64,000 nucleotides of DNA from an uncultured Candidatus Saccharibacteria bacterium (GTDB lineage Bacteria > Patescibacteriota > Doudnabacteria > UBA920). The notes below the pieces were generated by a model that was given only the letters and a program-made list of their open reading frames with translations, did no database searches and was not told the DNA's origin. The stretch covers positions 7,351 to 71,350 of the forward strand of contig CAZLNP010000003.1 of the NCBI GenBank assembly GCA_964561085.1. Reading direction: 5' to 3'. Positions 28,787-38,420 of this stretch are shown here, in pieces; the stretch's first letter is position 1; each line of letters starts with the position of its first letter. The position numbers and the translations under genes are program-made.

Positions 28787-29401
28787 TTATATACCGAGGT
28801 TCTTCCGAATCTCGGCCCAATTGTCCTTAGTCGCCTCGTCCATCGCTTTAACAGCACTAGACTTCGCAACCTCTTTATTTGATCTGCGAAGCTTGCCGAC
28901 TAAACCACCCCATTTATCATCGAGCTTTTGCTCATTGTAGCTCATGATTGTTTTGTGGTTGGCCCACTCATCATCATCGAACTCGGCTATCATCTCGATC
29001 TGCAACATGCAGTTTTGAATTCTAGCCTCTTTATGGGAATTTTTTGCTTCCTGATTGTCTATGTCGCCGACATAAGGCTCCCCTAGCATTGCTAGTCTTG
29101 CCAAATTTGCACGATACGGAGTCAGTTGCGAGAGCTTCCTTTCAGCTTCTGAAGCGAGAGCATAATTTTGCTTTGTTACTCTCGCCAATGCAGTAGCGTA
29201 TAGATTCTCGTCGTCAAGCTCTAAATTTCCAGAAACTGCTATGCGAAATTTTTTAACATCCATCGTTGTAATTTCATCATTAAGTTTTTTCGCACCACTC
29301 TTAATGATATCGATTACTGCCGTAGTGGCAGCTCCGCCAGCGACTCCCTTAAGGATGTCTGCTGCGAATTCCGTTAATTTTTTTGTTTTGCTATCTGCCA
29401 T
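28787..29401 (-). CDS. Hypothetical helical protein (island gene)
   Basis: 204 aa. No TM segment and no recognised motif. Confidence 0.45.
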   Translation of the reverse strand: MADSKTKKLTEFAADILKGVAGGAATTAVIDIIKSGAKKLNDEITTMDVKKFRIAVSGNLELDDENLYATALARVTKQNYALASEAERKLSQLTPYRANLARLAMLGEPYVGDIDNQEAKNSHKEARIQNCMLQIEMIAEFDDDEWANHKTIMSYNEQKLDDKWGGLVGKLRRSNKEVAKSSAVKAMDEATKDNWAEIRKNLGI

Positions 29402-29407
29402 AAATAT

Positions 29408-30049
29408 TTACCTCTTCAGCATGAACAGTGCTGTCTGCTTACCACTTGTTGGTTCTGTAAAAAACACTTTGCCGTTTTGATCCATTAAACGAATCAAGAT
29501 ATTAGCCGAGCCGTTTGCATCCGTTTCAATCTGCGAGATTTCATGCGGTTTGCTTTCGACGTCGTCGGCGCCAATGTTAATGGTGTAGTTCTGTCCAGGG
29601 TGTATCAACACACTTTGCTTAGCAGGTTTCCCATGCTCATCAAAGGTTTGAACGAATACAGGAACAAAACCATTAGCCATATGTTTAGAAGGAGTAACTT
29701 TCACACGCTCAATAGCTTCAGCCTTTTTGGCATCCGACTTTTTAAACGGGAATACTACCTCATTGCATACATTGGTTCGAGCAGATTGCTCTACTTTTAC
29801 AGTCAGAGGAAGATCTTTGTCATAGCTGAAATCCTCCACTACGACATCGATCTTATCTAGCTGCCGCGGAAAGTTAACCGTCTTGACGAACTGATTCTGA
29901 ACACTAATCCTTAGACTAATGTTGAAATTTTGCCTGTTCGTGATTGCCACAGAAAAGCGAAGATTCACTTTTCCTTCCGAGCTACCTGATTTTACAACTT
30001 CGGCAGCATTATTAGTTTCGATTGTTATTTGATACTTTGGATCTGCCAT
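29408..30049 (-). CDS. Hypothetical beta-rich protein (island gene)
   Basis: ORF 29408..30181. Likely start is the ATG at 30049 (MADPKYQ), preceded by GAGGT. That ATG overlaps the upstream gene stop (TAAAAATG). Confidence 0.45.
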   Translation of the reverse strand: MADPKYQITIETNNAAEVVKSGSSEGKVNLRFSVAITNRQNFNISLRISVQNQFVKTVNFPRQLDKIDVVVEDFSYDKDLPLTVKVEQSARTNVCNEVVFPFKKSDAKKAEAIERVKVTPSKHMANGFVPVFVQTFDEHGKPAKQSVLIHPGQNYTINIGADDVESKPHEISQIETDANGSANILIRLMDQNGKVFFTEPTSGKQTALFMLKR

Positions 30050-30051
30050 TT

Positions 30052-30555
30052 TTACCTCAGTAGCATCAGAATGAATGCAATCCATAGCCCACCGCATATG
30101 ATTGTAAAGCATAAACGGATAGGTTTGCCTATAAAACCAAGGTCGATAAACCACCAGAACATCATGAAACTTAAAGTCCACAATCCCCGGTAGAACAAAG
30201 ATCGTTCATCGTTTACCAAACCAAAAATGAATAGCAGGACGCAAATAAGCGCTCCTGCTGACCGGATCAAGCGAGTAAAACTTGAATACCATACTTGCAC
30301 ATGAGCTAATGCTCTTATGAAAGATGTTTCTCCTCTGCTAGCTTGACGAAGTCTTCTTGCGTTCTCAATGCGAACCCGCGCTCTTTCAAGCCTAGTAGGT
30401 TGAACATTGTTAGCGTTCCGAACAGGAGCTGCCGCTACCCTTCTATTCCGACCCCTAATTACAGGTGCCGGATTGACGGGCTGTGGCGGAGCTGTGTTCG
30501 GGGTTGAAACGGCATCTAGGTCAATAAGCTGACCGTCATACCAAATTGAAGCCAT
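30052..30555 (-). CDS. Membrane protein with Pro/Arg-rich N-terminal region and 3 TM helices (island gene)
   Basis: ORF 30052..30624. Likely start is the ATG at 30555 (MASIWYDGQ), preceded by AAGGAG. Confidence 0.45.
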   Translation of the reverse strand: MASIWYDGQLIDLDAVSTPNTAPPQPVNPAPVIRGRNRRVAAAPVRNANNVQPTRLERARVRIENARRLRQASRGETSFIRALAHVQVWYSSFTRLIRSAGALICVLLFIFGLVNDERSLFYRGLWTLSFMMFWWFIDLGFIGKPIRLCFTIICGGLWIAFILMLLR

Positions 30556-30694
30556 AACGTTATCTCCTTTTTTTGTTTTTCCGAATATTCTGTTGTAAAA
30601 GAACTGCAAAACTAGTGAAATCACTTGCTTTGCCGTCTTAAAGGAGTTATATCCCCTTTAAAAGGGTAAAACAAATCTATTTAACTTGGACTAC

Positions 30695-30723
30695 ATAATA
30701 GCATATTTTCGGTATTTTGTCAA
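30695..30723 (-). promoter_or_regulatory. Near-consensus sigma70-like promoter, minus strand (TTGACA-17-TATTAT)
   Basis: On the minus strand: ttgacaaaataccgaaaatatgctattat. Drives the operon beginning at 30555. Confidence 0.45.
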
Positions 30724-30742
30724 TAGTAATTCTCACCAAAGA

Positions 30743-30771
30743 TTGACAAAATATCAATTGTGTGATATACT
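30743..30771 (+). promoter_or_regulatory. Near-consensus sigma70-like promoter, plus strand (TTGACA-17-TATACT)
   Basis: ttgacaaaatatcaattgtgtgatatact, divergent and back-to-back with the minus-strand promoter. Leaves a ~200-nt leader before the ATG at 30986. Confidence 0.45.
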
Positions 30772-30985
30772 ATTGCATCGTTCATTGACAACTTGGTAAT
30801 GGTTTAGTTAGCCCAACAAGGCGTTTTCAAATATCCCCTATTTATTTGAGGCTTTGTTAGGCTAACATAGCCTATCTTGATCCATGCTGCTTCCATTCTG
30901 GAAATAGTTTTGATCAGGATTTTCTGCATCTGGGTAACTCCAGCATGTATTCAAAAAAGGATTTTACCATATCATAGGAGAACAA

Positions 30986-32584
30986 ATGAAAAAAATTAAT
31001 TGGAACGCTATTCCTTTAATCGGGCGGTTCTTTTCAGCACCGCAAATCACCGAAACTAATGAACAATCAAATGTTCAAGTTCTTCGGCTTACACCTGCTT
31101 CTGCGGACATCGAAGCTGTAAACATTTCGTTTATACCTGGCAGATTCAGAGAAATCAACGAAACTATTAACGAGGAATTCCTGAGTGAATTCAACGGTAA
31201 TAATTTGGAGACAATCTTTGAAAAAATTGCCGGGAAGGCTAAGGACATCTATAGCGACATCGTTTCTATGTTCAGCGATCTTGCCGATCGTAAACAGACG
31301 GTAGAAACTCTTCAAGGTGAAATTACGTCGGTCGCACTTGTTGCTGCTCACAATAATAGCCTAGAAGATGCGGAGACAGCTCTAAATGAAAGTTGGGCAA
31401 GAGGTTTTAACGAAAAACTCGATGCCGAATCGAAATTAAGCGGTCTCAAAGCCTCGCTGAATGAAGCTGCTGAAGATTTTAGACTCTTCGTTATCGGCAT
31501 CGCCGGTCACGAGAAGGCAGTCATAAAAATTCAGTCTAAGTTAGTCAAAATTGGTAATCGCGTTGCTTTTGCAATCGCCATTATTAGTTTTGAAGCTCTA
31601 CTCGGATTCGAAACCTTTCAAGGTGCCGGAACCGACCAGATGGCGTTAGCTCTTTCCATAGCATTTGGTGGGGCAATCTACATTCTTTCAATCCTCGGTG
31701 CCGACAAGTCTTCTATAGTTTCACATCACACTGATGCGAGAGCGGTATTCAACCGCAACTATCGAGATACCGATTCCAAACGACGCCTCCCCGAAAATCA
31801 AGGTCGGGACAATAACGGCAAAATCGTAAAGTTCTATGAACTAAGCGATAAAACCGTTAAAGCTGCAAAACGCATGACCCTTGCTCTCGGAGCATTAAGT
31901 ATTGCGCTACTTGCTCTTCGCGGTTTTATTATTTACCGTGATGAAACGCTAGGCATTATGGGAATCATCGGAACTGCAGGCTTATTACTGGCGGCGTGGA
32001 TTTTCTACGCATTGGACTACGTCTTCGGACCGAAGTATGAAGCAGAACAGCTTGATGAATACAGTCGGAAATTTGCGACTGTAATGGGACTCGCCCATAA
32101 CATCAAAATGATTCAGAAAGCTACGACGGACAAATACAATAGCCTGATGGACCGCTTGAAACTCGAATATCAAGTTTCAGTTGCCAATGCCAAATCTGTT
32201 CTTAATTATGCTATCGATAACTTTCGCAACAACCGCACTGCCTATGAGAAATTAAGGCGGCAATACGGCGAGGCGATAAAATCTTTTGAAACCGGATTCG
32301 TAAGCTCCTGCGATTTTGCGATCAACAAAATCAAAGAAGCCCATGGCACCAAAATCGGAAAAGTTTCGCGAGCGAGTTTGCTCACGATTCTGACCCATTG
32401 GGTTCCACAGAACGAAACTCTGGGTGATAGAGAATTCGATAAAACAATCGCCAAGCATCCTCTGCCTTCCAAAACAGACAGTGGGCTCACAAAGCCTATA
32501 ACTGTCTGGGCAGATGTTCGCAAAACGATCGAAACGACCGAAACGGAACGGCGCAGACAGATCCTAACCACAAATATCGCGTAA
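30986..32584 (+). CDS. 4-TM membrane protein with long helical/coiled-coil N- and C-terminal domains (hypothetical)
   Basis: 532 aa. RBS AGGAGAA. Two TM hairpins (~aa 190-235 and 295-340) separated by a charged loop. No known motif. Confidence 0.5.
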   Translation: MKKINWNAIPLIGRFFSAPQITETNEQSNVQVLRLTPASADIEAVNISFIPGRFREINETINEEFLSEFNGNNLETIFEKIAGKAKDIYSDIVSMFSDLADRKQTVETLQGEITSVALVAAHNNSLEDAETALNESWARGFNEKLDAESKLSGLKASLNEAAEDFRLFVIGIAGHEKAVIKIQSKLVKIGNRVAFAIAIISFEALLGFETFQGAGTDQMALALSIAFGGAIYILSILGADKSSIVSHHTDARAVFNRNYRDTDSKRRLPENQGRDNNGKIVKFYELSDKTVKAAKRMTLALGALSIALLALRGFIIYRDETLGIMGIIGTAGLLLAAWIFYALDYVFGPKYEAEQLDEYSRKFATVMGLAHNIKMIQKATTDKYNSLMDRLKLEYQVSVANAKSVLNYAIDNFRNNRTAYEKLRRQYGEAIKSFETGFVSSCDFAINKIKEAHGTKIGKVSRASLLTILTHWVPQNETLGDREFDKTIAKHPLPSKTDSGLTKPITVWADVRKTIETTETERRRQILTTNIA

Positions 32585-32598
32585 GCGGGAGAAAAACG

Positions 32599-33666
32599 AT
32601 GAACTTTGAATTAGATGATTTCAACATACCAAACGGCGGGCAGCCGAAAACAAGCCCGCTAGCATTGGTCGGTGTAATTTGTTTCATCCTGCTTGCAATC
32701 GGCGGAGCAGTTAGCATGGTCTACTATCTGGCTGTAAAACCGGCGGCAGACTATCAAGTTAAGGTCAGTTCATTCGGACCTTACACACGGGAATTCGGTC
32801 AACCGCCCGTTTCGATACCTCTCGAAGAGGAAATCTTTAGCCCTCAAAAAGTTAAAGACTATCGGAACGGCGAAGGCTTCTCCTTCGAACTCATCAAAAA
32901 GTTCAAGGGAAAAGTTGACTCGAAAATAACGATCGAACTGAAGCCTTGGGATGAACATCTCGATGGTGGACGCGGAAATCGGGACAAACGACTCGCGGAT
33001 GTCCAGAAAAAACGAGAATCGGCTCGAAAGTTAATAGAGGCTTTCAATTCGGATGAGGCTCGAAAATGGTCGCTCCTCTTGTTTCTTGACGGAACAAGCG
33101 GAACAGGACCTCAGCTCACCGAAGGAGTCAATCAGGGCTTTGCCAGTTTCGGAATCGCCGAATTGTTAAAAAACGGCGACACGGCAACTGTTCAAGCCAT
33201 TATTCTCAATAGTAGCGGAACTACCGAAATCAAGGAAGTTAGCGTTACACGAGACGAGAGTGAATTACAATCACTCAAGGAGTGGTTACTCAAAAAACGA
33301 ACTGATGAAGGAAACAGCGCGCTCGCAACAGGCATATTCAATGTCCTGTCGCAGACGGAAAATCCTTACACTAAATTGGTCATAATCAGCGACGGTCTTG
33401 AAAATAGCGTAGGAACCACAAATTTCTACGCTAAGAAAGATCAGCTTGTTAAGGGCAAAACTGATAAAGCAGAGTGGCAGAAAATCGCCGGGGAAATCCA
33501 GCGACAGAAGGCTGTTCCTGATTTATCAGGGAAGGAAGTGTTGTGGATTCTGTATCCGACTCCAGGCAGCTCAGATGAACTCATCTTCGCTGCTGAGGGT
33601 TTCTGGGCTTGGTTCTTAACAGAACAAGCCGGCACAGTTAAAACTAAGGTCATGAAGCTTAATTAG
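32599..33666 (+). CDS. Membrane-anchored von Willebrand factor A (vWA) domain protein
   Basis: 355 aa. N-terminal signal-anchor (LALVGVICFILLAIGGAVSMVYYL). MIDAS-like LLLFLDGTSGTG, then VIISDGLEN, typical vWA beta-strand motifs. RBS GGGAGAAAAACG. Confidence 0.55.
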   Translation: MNFELDDFNIPNGGQPKTSPLALVGVICFILLAIGGAVSMVYYLAVKPAADYQVKVSSFGPYTREFGQPPVSIPLEEEIFSPQKVKDYRNGEGFSFELIKKFKGKVDSKITIELKPWDEHLDGGRGNRDKRLADVQKKRESARKLIEAFNSDEARKWSLLLFLDGTSGTGPQLTEGVNQGFASFGIAELLKNGDTATVQAIILNSSGTTEIKEVSVTRDESELQSLKEWLLKKRTDEGNSALATGIFNVLSQTENPYTKLVIISDGLENSVGTTNFYAKKDQLVKGKTDKAEWQKIAGEIQRQKAVPDLSGKEVLWILYPTPGSSDELIFAAEGFWAWFLTEQAGTVKTKVMKLN

Positions 33667-33686
33667 AGCTTCTGACTATATCTTTG

Positions 33687-33725
33687 AGGCAGGGCGATGT
33701 TTACATCTCCCTGCCTTACTTTTTA
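33687..33725 (+). terminator. Rho-independent terminator ending the plus-strand island operon
   Basis: Stem gaggcaggg/ccctgcct, ~13-nt loop, T-run. Confidence 0.6.
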
Positions 33726-33778
33726 AAAGATTAAATAATTCGAATTTGGAGGATTTATCAAATTCTTATAAAACTAAA

Positions 33779-33812
33779 CGAGCGTACACAATATGTATAC
33801 GCTCGTTTTTTT
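33779..33812. terminator. Second, near-palindromic hairpin terminator
   Basis: cgagcgtacacaatatgtatacgctcg followed by T7 on the plus strand. It also lies just downstream of the minus-strand gene ending at 33811. Confidence 0.55.
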
Positions 33813-34098
33813 ATTTCAATGCTTCTCGCGCTTCTGCTAAACCAACCTCATCATTAAATTTGGTATCTTTTTTATCTACTACTTCTATAGTCTTTAACAC
33901 CTCTTCCAATAGTGCGCTCTCTCTTTCATTCACCTCGGTAACAGCTTTCATGTAAGCCTGTGCCACGAGCACATGAACTTTACCTCTTTCTTCAGACCCC
34001 GTGTCTTGGCTTAGGTACTGTTTTAACAAAGGCAATGCATCTTCCCAGTGTCCATCCTCCAGAAGACTAAATAATTTAGTTGTGTCAGTATTTTCCAT
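33811..34098 (-). CDS. Small helical (TPR-like) protein
   Basis: 95 aa. Helix-turn-helix repeat-like (ALPLLKQYL...AQAYMKA...). Confidence 0.4.
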   Translation of the reverse strand: MENTDTTKLFSLLEDGHWEDALPLLKQYLSQDTGSEERGKVHVLVAQAYMKAVTEVNERESALLEEVLKTIEVVDKKDTKFNDEVGLAEAREALK

Positions 34099-34102
34099 AA
34101 CT

Positions 34103-35239
34103 TTACATTAAATATTCGTGCTTAAGCAATAGCACTTTTAATAAGAATTTTTTATCTTCAGAAGTACTGCCATCTTCAATTGCCTTTTCAATTTCTGCAC
34201 GAACCATGTCTCGCACATCTTCTGCGGACTGGGTTCCAAGCTCTTTTGATTTTAAATATGGCATTAATTCTTTTTCCAAGCTTCCCAAATCTGAGTCAGC
34301 AATCTGATCAGCAACTTCGCCCATCATCTTGGCTGTTATAACTTTTTCAAACTCTGCCATATACTCATCAAATCCCTCGGTATACTCTTGATCATGAGAG
34401 AAAACCATATTTCTACCATCTTTCTCATCTCTGAATTTAGCCAACGCCTCAAACTCACTTCTAATTTCACTCAATGGAGCATCAAGATTGCCCATTATTT
34501 CCTCAGTTTTCTCCTTTAGAGCTTCCCTGCCTTTAGCCGCCAATTCTTCAGCTACTTCTAACCCAGCTATCAAATCCGATCTAACTTGAGCTAACTCAGC
34601 ATGCATCATTCCAAGATTAGCTTCTGCAAAAGATGCGCTTCCTAACATTTCAGAAGCTTTCTCTAACTCGCGGTCAATACTTTCAACTCGAACTTTAAAT
34701 TCTTCTTTAACTCTTTTGATAGCCTCATCTGGGCGGTCTGTGAAAAATTTCCCTATGAATCCTTTTGCACCTTTTGCTTCTTTCAAAGCATCAACTTTAT
34801 TCTGCAAACCCTCTGCCCCTCCGTGAGACTCATATCTTTTGACTGCTTTACGCTGAGCCTCAAGAATTTTTTCAGATTCTTCATACCTTTCAAGCTGCTC
34901 TTTTATTTCGCCTACTTTGCCTGGGTTTTCTCTGAGCTCTTTTTCAATATATGCTTTAATGGATTCCATTCTCTCTGTAGCATCTACCTCGGCATAACCT
35001 GAAAGCTGTTTTGAATACATTTTATCCAATCCAGTGACGACCCTCTTCTCATTTTCGAAATCAGTGTATCTTTCACTTAAAGTATCAAAGCTAGTTTCAG
35101 GATCCAAATCTTCCAAATCCCCGTGAACTCTGCCCATAAATTCAATGAACTTAGGGTCTGACATTTTTTCTGTATCAAAACTCTCTTTTCCAGCAAAACT
35201 CTTCGAGAGATTTTCCTTTAAATTCTTAAATATTCCCAT
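34103..35239 (-). CDS. Coiled-coil protein, possibly TelA/KlaB-like
   Basis: 378 aa. Entirely alpha-helical with heptad-like, charged content. Size and composition resemble the toxic-anion-resistance TelA family, but no diagnostic motif was verified. Confidence 0.35.
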   Translation of the reverse strand: MGIFKNLKENLSKSFAGKESFDTEKMSDPKFIEFMGRVHGDLEDLDPETSFDTLSERYTDFENEKRVVTGLDKMYSKQLSGYAEVDATERMESIKAYIEKELRENPGKVGEIKEQLERYEESEKILEAQRKAVKRYESHGGAEGLQNKVDALKEAKGAKGFIGKFFTDRPDEAIKRVKEEFKVRVESIDRELEKASEMLGSASFAEANLGMMHAELAQVRSDLIAGLEVAEELAAKGREALKEKTEEIMGNLDAPLSEIRSEFEALAKFRDEKDGRNMVFSHDQEYTEGFDEYMAEFEKVITAKMMGEVADQIADSDLGSLEKELMPYLKSKELGTQSAEDVRDMVRAEIEKAIEDGSTSEDKKFLLKVLLLKHEYLM

Positions 35240-35305
35240 ATATTCCTTAATTTATTATTCTCAATATGATTATAGCAGGCAAAATTAGGCTTGGCTACCA
35301 GCCTT

Positions 35306-37855
35306 TTAAAGCGTCCGCTCCGTCGCAGCCTGTCCTGCCGCCATCATATCTGCTACCTGGCTAGATTCCAGAATCTCTGCTTCTACCTCAGCACGAGGTC
35401 GGCCAAACTTTAACCTAGAAAGTTGTTTAATAGCCCCAGCAGTTTTTGCCTGCTCAGGTGTAGGCTTTGGTAGTGGATAAGTTGCCATGTTAAACGGCTT
35501 ACTCGCTGTCCCATTAATCATCAACTTCACAAAAGCATTGTAGCGATCCACATTCAGCAAATCGAAGTCGTTGAACACAGGCGCGAATTCTTTCGCCATA
35601 GTTTCGGCATCTTCCACACCAATTCTAAATGTCACCATTGAACCAGTGTTTCCGAACACAGCATCACGAAGCTCTTTACTACCAGCTCCTTGTGCACCTG
35701 CTCCTTGAGAAAGCTGTCCTAAAAATTGATGCCCAATAATTAAGTTTAACTTGTATTTACGAGCTTCACTCAAAATACTAGAAAACGCATCGGTAATAAA
35801 GTTTTGGAATTCATCAACATACAAATAAAAGTCTACGCGATCTTCTTCAGGAATATCGGCGCGAGACATAGCAGCCATTTGAATTTTACTAACCAAAATT
35901 AAACCAAGCAACTTTGCATTCATCTCCCCTACTTTTCCTTTAGCAAGGTTAACAAGTAAAATCTTGCGGCCATCCATTACCTCACGGAAGTTAAAAGATG
36001 ATTTCGGCTGACCAACAATGTTGCGCATCATGGAGTTTTCTACGAAGCGACCAACTTTAGAAATCAAATAACCTAACATTTCTGATTTGTGGAAGTCAGA
36101 TGTCTTAGCCATTTCTTTTTCCCAGAAAGCGCGCACTACAGCATCAGTCACTTTACTCACTTTATATTTCTGGAATTCTGTATCGGTAAAGATGCGCGGA
36201 ATGTCGACAATAGTGCCAGGATGTTCTGAGTCTGCCATTAAAGTTAGCATGGCATTACGCATGTTGTGTTCGAACATCGGTCCAAGCATCGCCGGATCTG
36301 TTACGAGTTTATAGAAAATTGAGATCATTTCTTGCACAGCAAAATCTTTTTGACCTTCATTGCTGACTTCAAGCATGTTCAAACCCAAAGGACGTTCTGA
36401 ATCGAACGGTTCAAAAAGAATAACATCTTCTGCTCGCTCCTTTGGAATGTGTGGCAGAATATCCTCAATGAAATCTCCATGAGGGTCGATAATACAAAGC
36501 CCTTCACCGTTCTGAATATCCTGAACGGACATATACTTCATAAGCTCAGTCTTACCAACACCAGTACGTCCTAGAATGTAAGTGTGGCGACGACGATCAT
36601 CTCTTTGCGCACGGATAGGAGTCTCTACGCCTCGGTATATATTACGTCCCAGTAGAATTCCCTCTGAAGGAATATTCACAGGAGCGGGGGCCTTTTTACT
36701 TTGCAACCATTTAATATTTGGGGTTTCCAAAAACGGTGTTGGTAAATGCCAAAGGCTAGTAATTTCTTCTGTATTTAAAATGGACTTCTTCCAGCTACGA
36801 CGATAGATGCGGAACATATAGTCTTTTACTACCGCACTGGTCTTACGAGATTTAACTTTAAACCCATTGAATGGCGGCATGTTGTACTGCAGGAAAGAAG
36901 AAGTAATGCTATTTAAATTCACTGCAGCTGCACCAGGAGTTGTAGATGAAGTGATGATTCTAATATTTGTATTGAATCCCGGACGACTAGCCTTCTCTTC
37001 AAACTTCTTCACCATTTCTTGCTGCATCGGAGTAAGCTGAATAGCGGAATGCATCCCTGTCAAATCTTGATGATGCCCTTGAGTATTTGTTGGTTCGTTT
37101 TTTCCAAAAGCGCTATCCCGTAAAATTCCGAATGATTCAGAGGCAAATTTTGCACCTGCTCCTTTTACAACGCTGTTAGGGTTTTTCCCTTGCTGAATCT
37201 CCAACGCTAAATGACGTGGTTTATGCTGCCAGTGGTGTCCTGCTGGGGACAAGATAAACTGAATCGCTGCGCCTTCGTTATCGCCCAGCTTAGACATAGC
37301 GTTAGTTAGAGCATTCAACGGATCTGTTTCCATGGTCTTATATGTACGAATTGGAAACATGTATGGACGGTTTAACTCCAATTCAGCAGCTGCAATTTGC
37401 CCACCCTTTTGGAATGGATTATATCCCCTAACAATCTCGATGAACGCATGAGGATACTGCGCTTGTAGTTGTTTTTCTACTAGCTCTTGAAGACTTCGGG
37501 GGCAGTTAATATAAAAAGATATCTTTTTTTCTGTGCATGCAATCTCTAAGCTGATGTATTGCTTAGGTTGAAAAAACCAATTATGTGCGCTGATTTCAGA
37601 AAGCGCAGTGAACAACTGCTCAGCAACGCCGATCATATTCTTCTTGGCTTCTGGATTATTAAGTTGATTATTCTGCTTATCTTCAGAATTATCTTTTGGC
37701 ATTTGAATCTCTAAAAACACCCAGTCCTTAGTGCGCGGCAAAATAACTTTACTGTAGTACCAGTGCCTGTGAATATAATAAGCTAGGAATGCCAAAAAAG
37801 CCAATACAAGTATGGCTAAAAATAAACTGGCTATAATAATCGTATTCAGCTCCAT
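35306..37855 (-). CDS. Membrane-anchored FtsK/HerA/VirD4-superfamily P-loop ATPase (T4CP/DUF87-like)
   Basis: 849 aa. N-terminal TM helix. Walker A GRTGVGKT, followed by IIDPHGDF (HerA/DUF87-like). Walker B LYVDEFQNF, then RKYKLNLIIGHQFLGQL (TraD/TrwB-like C-terminal pattern). Confidence 0.6.
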   Translation of the reverse strand: MELNTIIIASLFLAILVLAFLAFLAYYIHRHWYYSKVILPRTKDWVFLEIQMPKDNSEDKQNNQLNNPEAKKNMIGVAEQLFTALSEISAHNWFFQPKQYISLEIACTEKKISFYINCPRSLQELVEKQLQAQYPHAFIEIVRGYNPFQKGGQIAAAELELNRPYMFPIRTYKTMETDPLNALTNAMSKLGDNEGAAIQFILSPAGHHWQHKPRHLALEIQQGKNPNSVVKGAGAKFASESFGILRDSAFGKNEPTNTQGHHQDLTGMHSAIQLTPMQQEMVKKFEEKASRPGFNTNIRIITSSTTPGAAAVNLNSITSSFLQYNMPPFNGFKVKSRKTSAVVKDYMFRIYRRSWKKSILNTEEITSLWHLPTPFLETPNIKWLQSKKAPAPVNIPSEGILLGRNIYRGVETPIRAQRDDRRRHTYILGRTGVGKTELMKYMSVQDIQNGEGLCIIDPHGDFIEDILPHIPKERAEDVILFEPFDSERPLGLNMLEVSNEGQKDFAVQEMISIFYKLVTDPAMLGPMFEHNMRNAMLTLMADSEHPGTIVDIPRIFTDTEFQKYKVSKVTDAVVRAFWEKEMAKTSDFHKSEMLGYLISKVGRFVENSMMRNIVGQPKSSFNFREVMDGRKILLVNLAKGKVGEMNAKLLGLILVSKIQMAAMSRADIPEEDRVDFYLYVDEFQNFITDAFSSILSEARKYKLNLIIGHQFLGQLSQGAGAQGAGSKELRDAVFGNTGSMVTFRIGVEDAETMAKEFAPVFNDFDLLNVDRYNAFVKLMINGTASKPFNMATYPLPKPTPEQAKTAGAIKQLSRLKFGRPRAEVEAEILESSQVADMMAAGQAATERTL

Positions 37856-37879
37856 ATTTATTTTTGTTTTATAAAAACT

Positions 37880-38236
37880 TTACTCTTTTAAATCAGCTGA
37901 TAGTGCCAAAACCTGTTCCATTTCATCGCTTGCATTTTCCAGAGGAACACCATGATTAATGAGACTCTCAAGGACTTCTGCTTCACGGCTTTTTTGTGCA
38001 GAACTGATGACTTCATGAGCTGATCCAGAATCAACTTCAATTGGTGATTCAGTTATTGATTCAGAATTCAAAGCTTCGACCTGCTTTACATCTTCACTAT
38101 CACCTAACTCTGTAGGAAGGCCGAAATCCGGAGTACTAAGTGTTTCCGTAGCCTCGTTGGATTCGACACGCTCTTGATTTTCAATTTTAAAACCATCATT
38201 CTCTACACCGCCGATTTTTCTTTCATCTAACTCCAT
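37880..38236 (-). CDS. Small acidic hypothetical protein
   Basis: 118 aa, highly acidic (E/D/S-rich). Immediately downstream of secY on the minus strand, after a terminator-like hairpin. Confidence 0.35.
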   Translation of the reverse strand: MELDERKIGGVENDGFKIENQERVESNEATETLSTPDFGLPTELGDSEDVKQVEALNSESITESPIEVDSGSAHEVISSAQKSREAEVLESLINHGVPLENASDEMEQVLALSADLKE

Positions 38237-38289
38237 TTTTGTTTCGCTTTCTTATATTTTCAGTTAGTTTTACTAATTTATTATAACAC

Positions 38290-38420
38290 TTTTTCGCCCA
38301 AAATAAAAAACCATAAAGATTTACTAAGCAGGCAGTTGGCTAGCGCGCGAGGTCTGCTACTTTAGGCAGACCGAGACAAAGCGCTGCCTGCGGGTAGATC
38401 TTTATGGTTTTTAAAAAAAT
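38290..38420. terminator. Long compound hairpin / bidirectional terminator after secY
   Basis: Outer stem aaccataaagat/atctttatggtt flanked by A and T runs on both sides. Nested stems gcaggcag/ctgcctgc and ggtctgc/gcagacc. Confidence 0.4.

Noticed and set aside
27258-38300. Calling the accessory region an integrative/conjugative element or prophage
   Set aside because: No integrase, recombinase, relaxase, transposase, capsid or terminase genes and no flanking direct repeats were found. Only a T4CP-like ATPase and a tRNA-like element ~4 kb away are present, so the mobile-element call is not supported.
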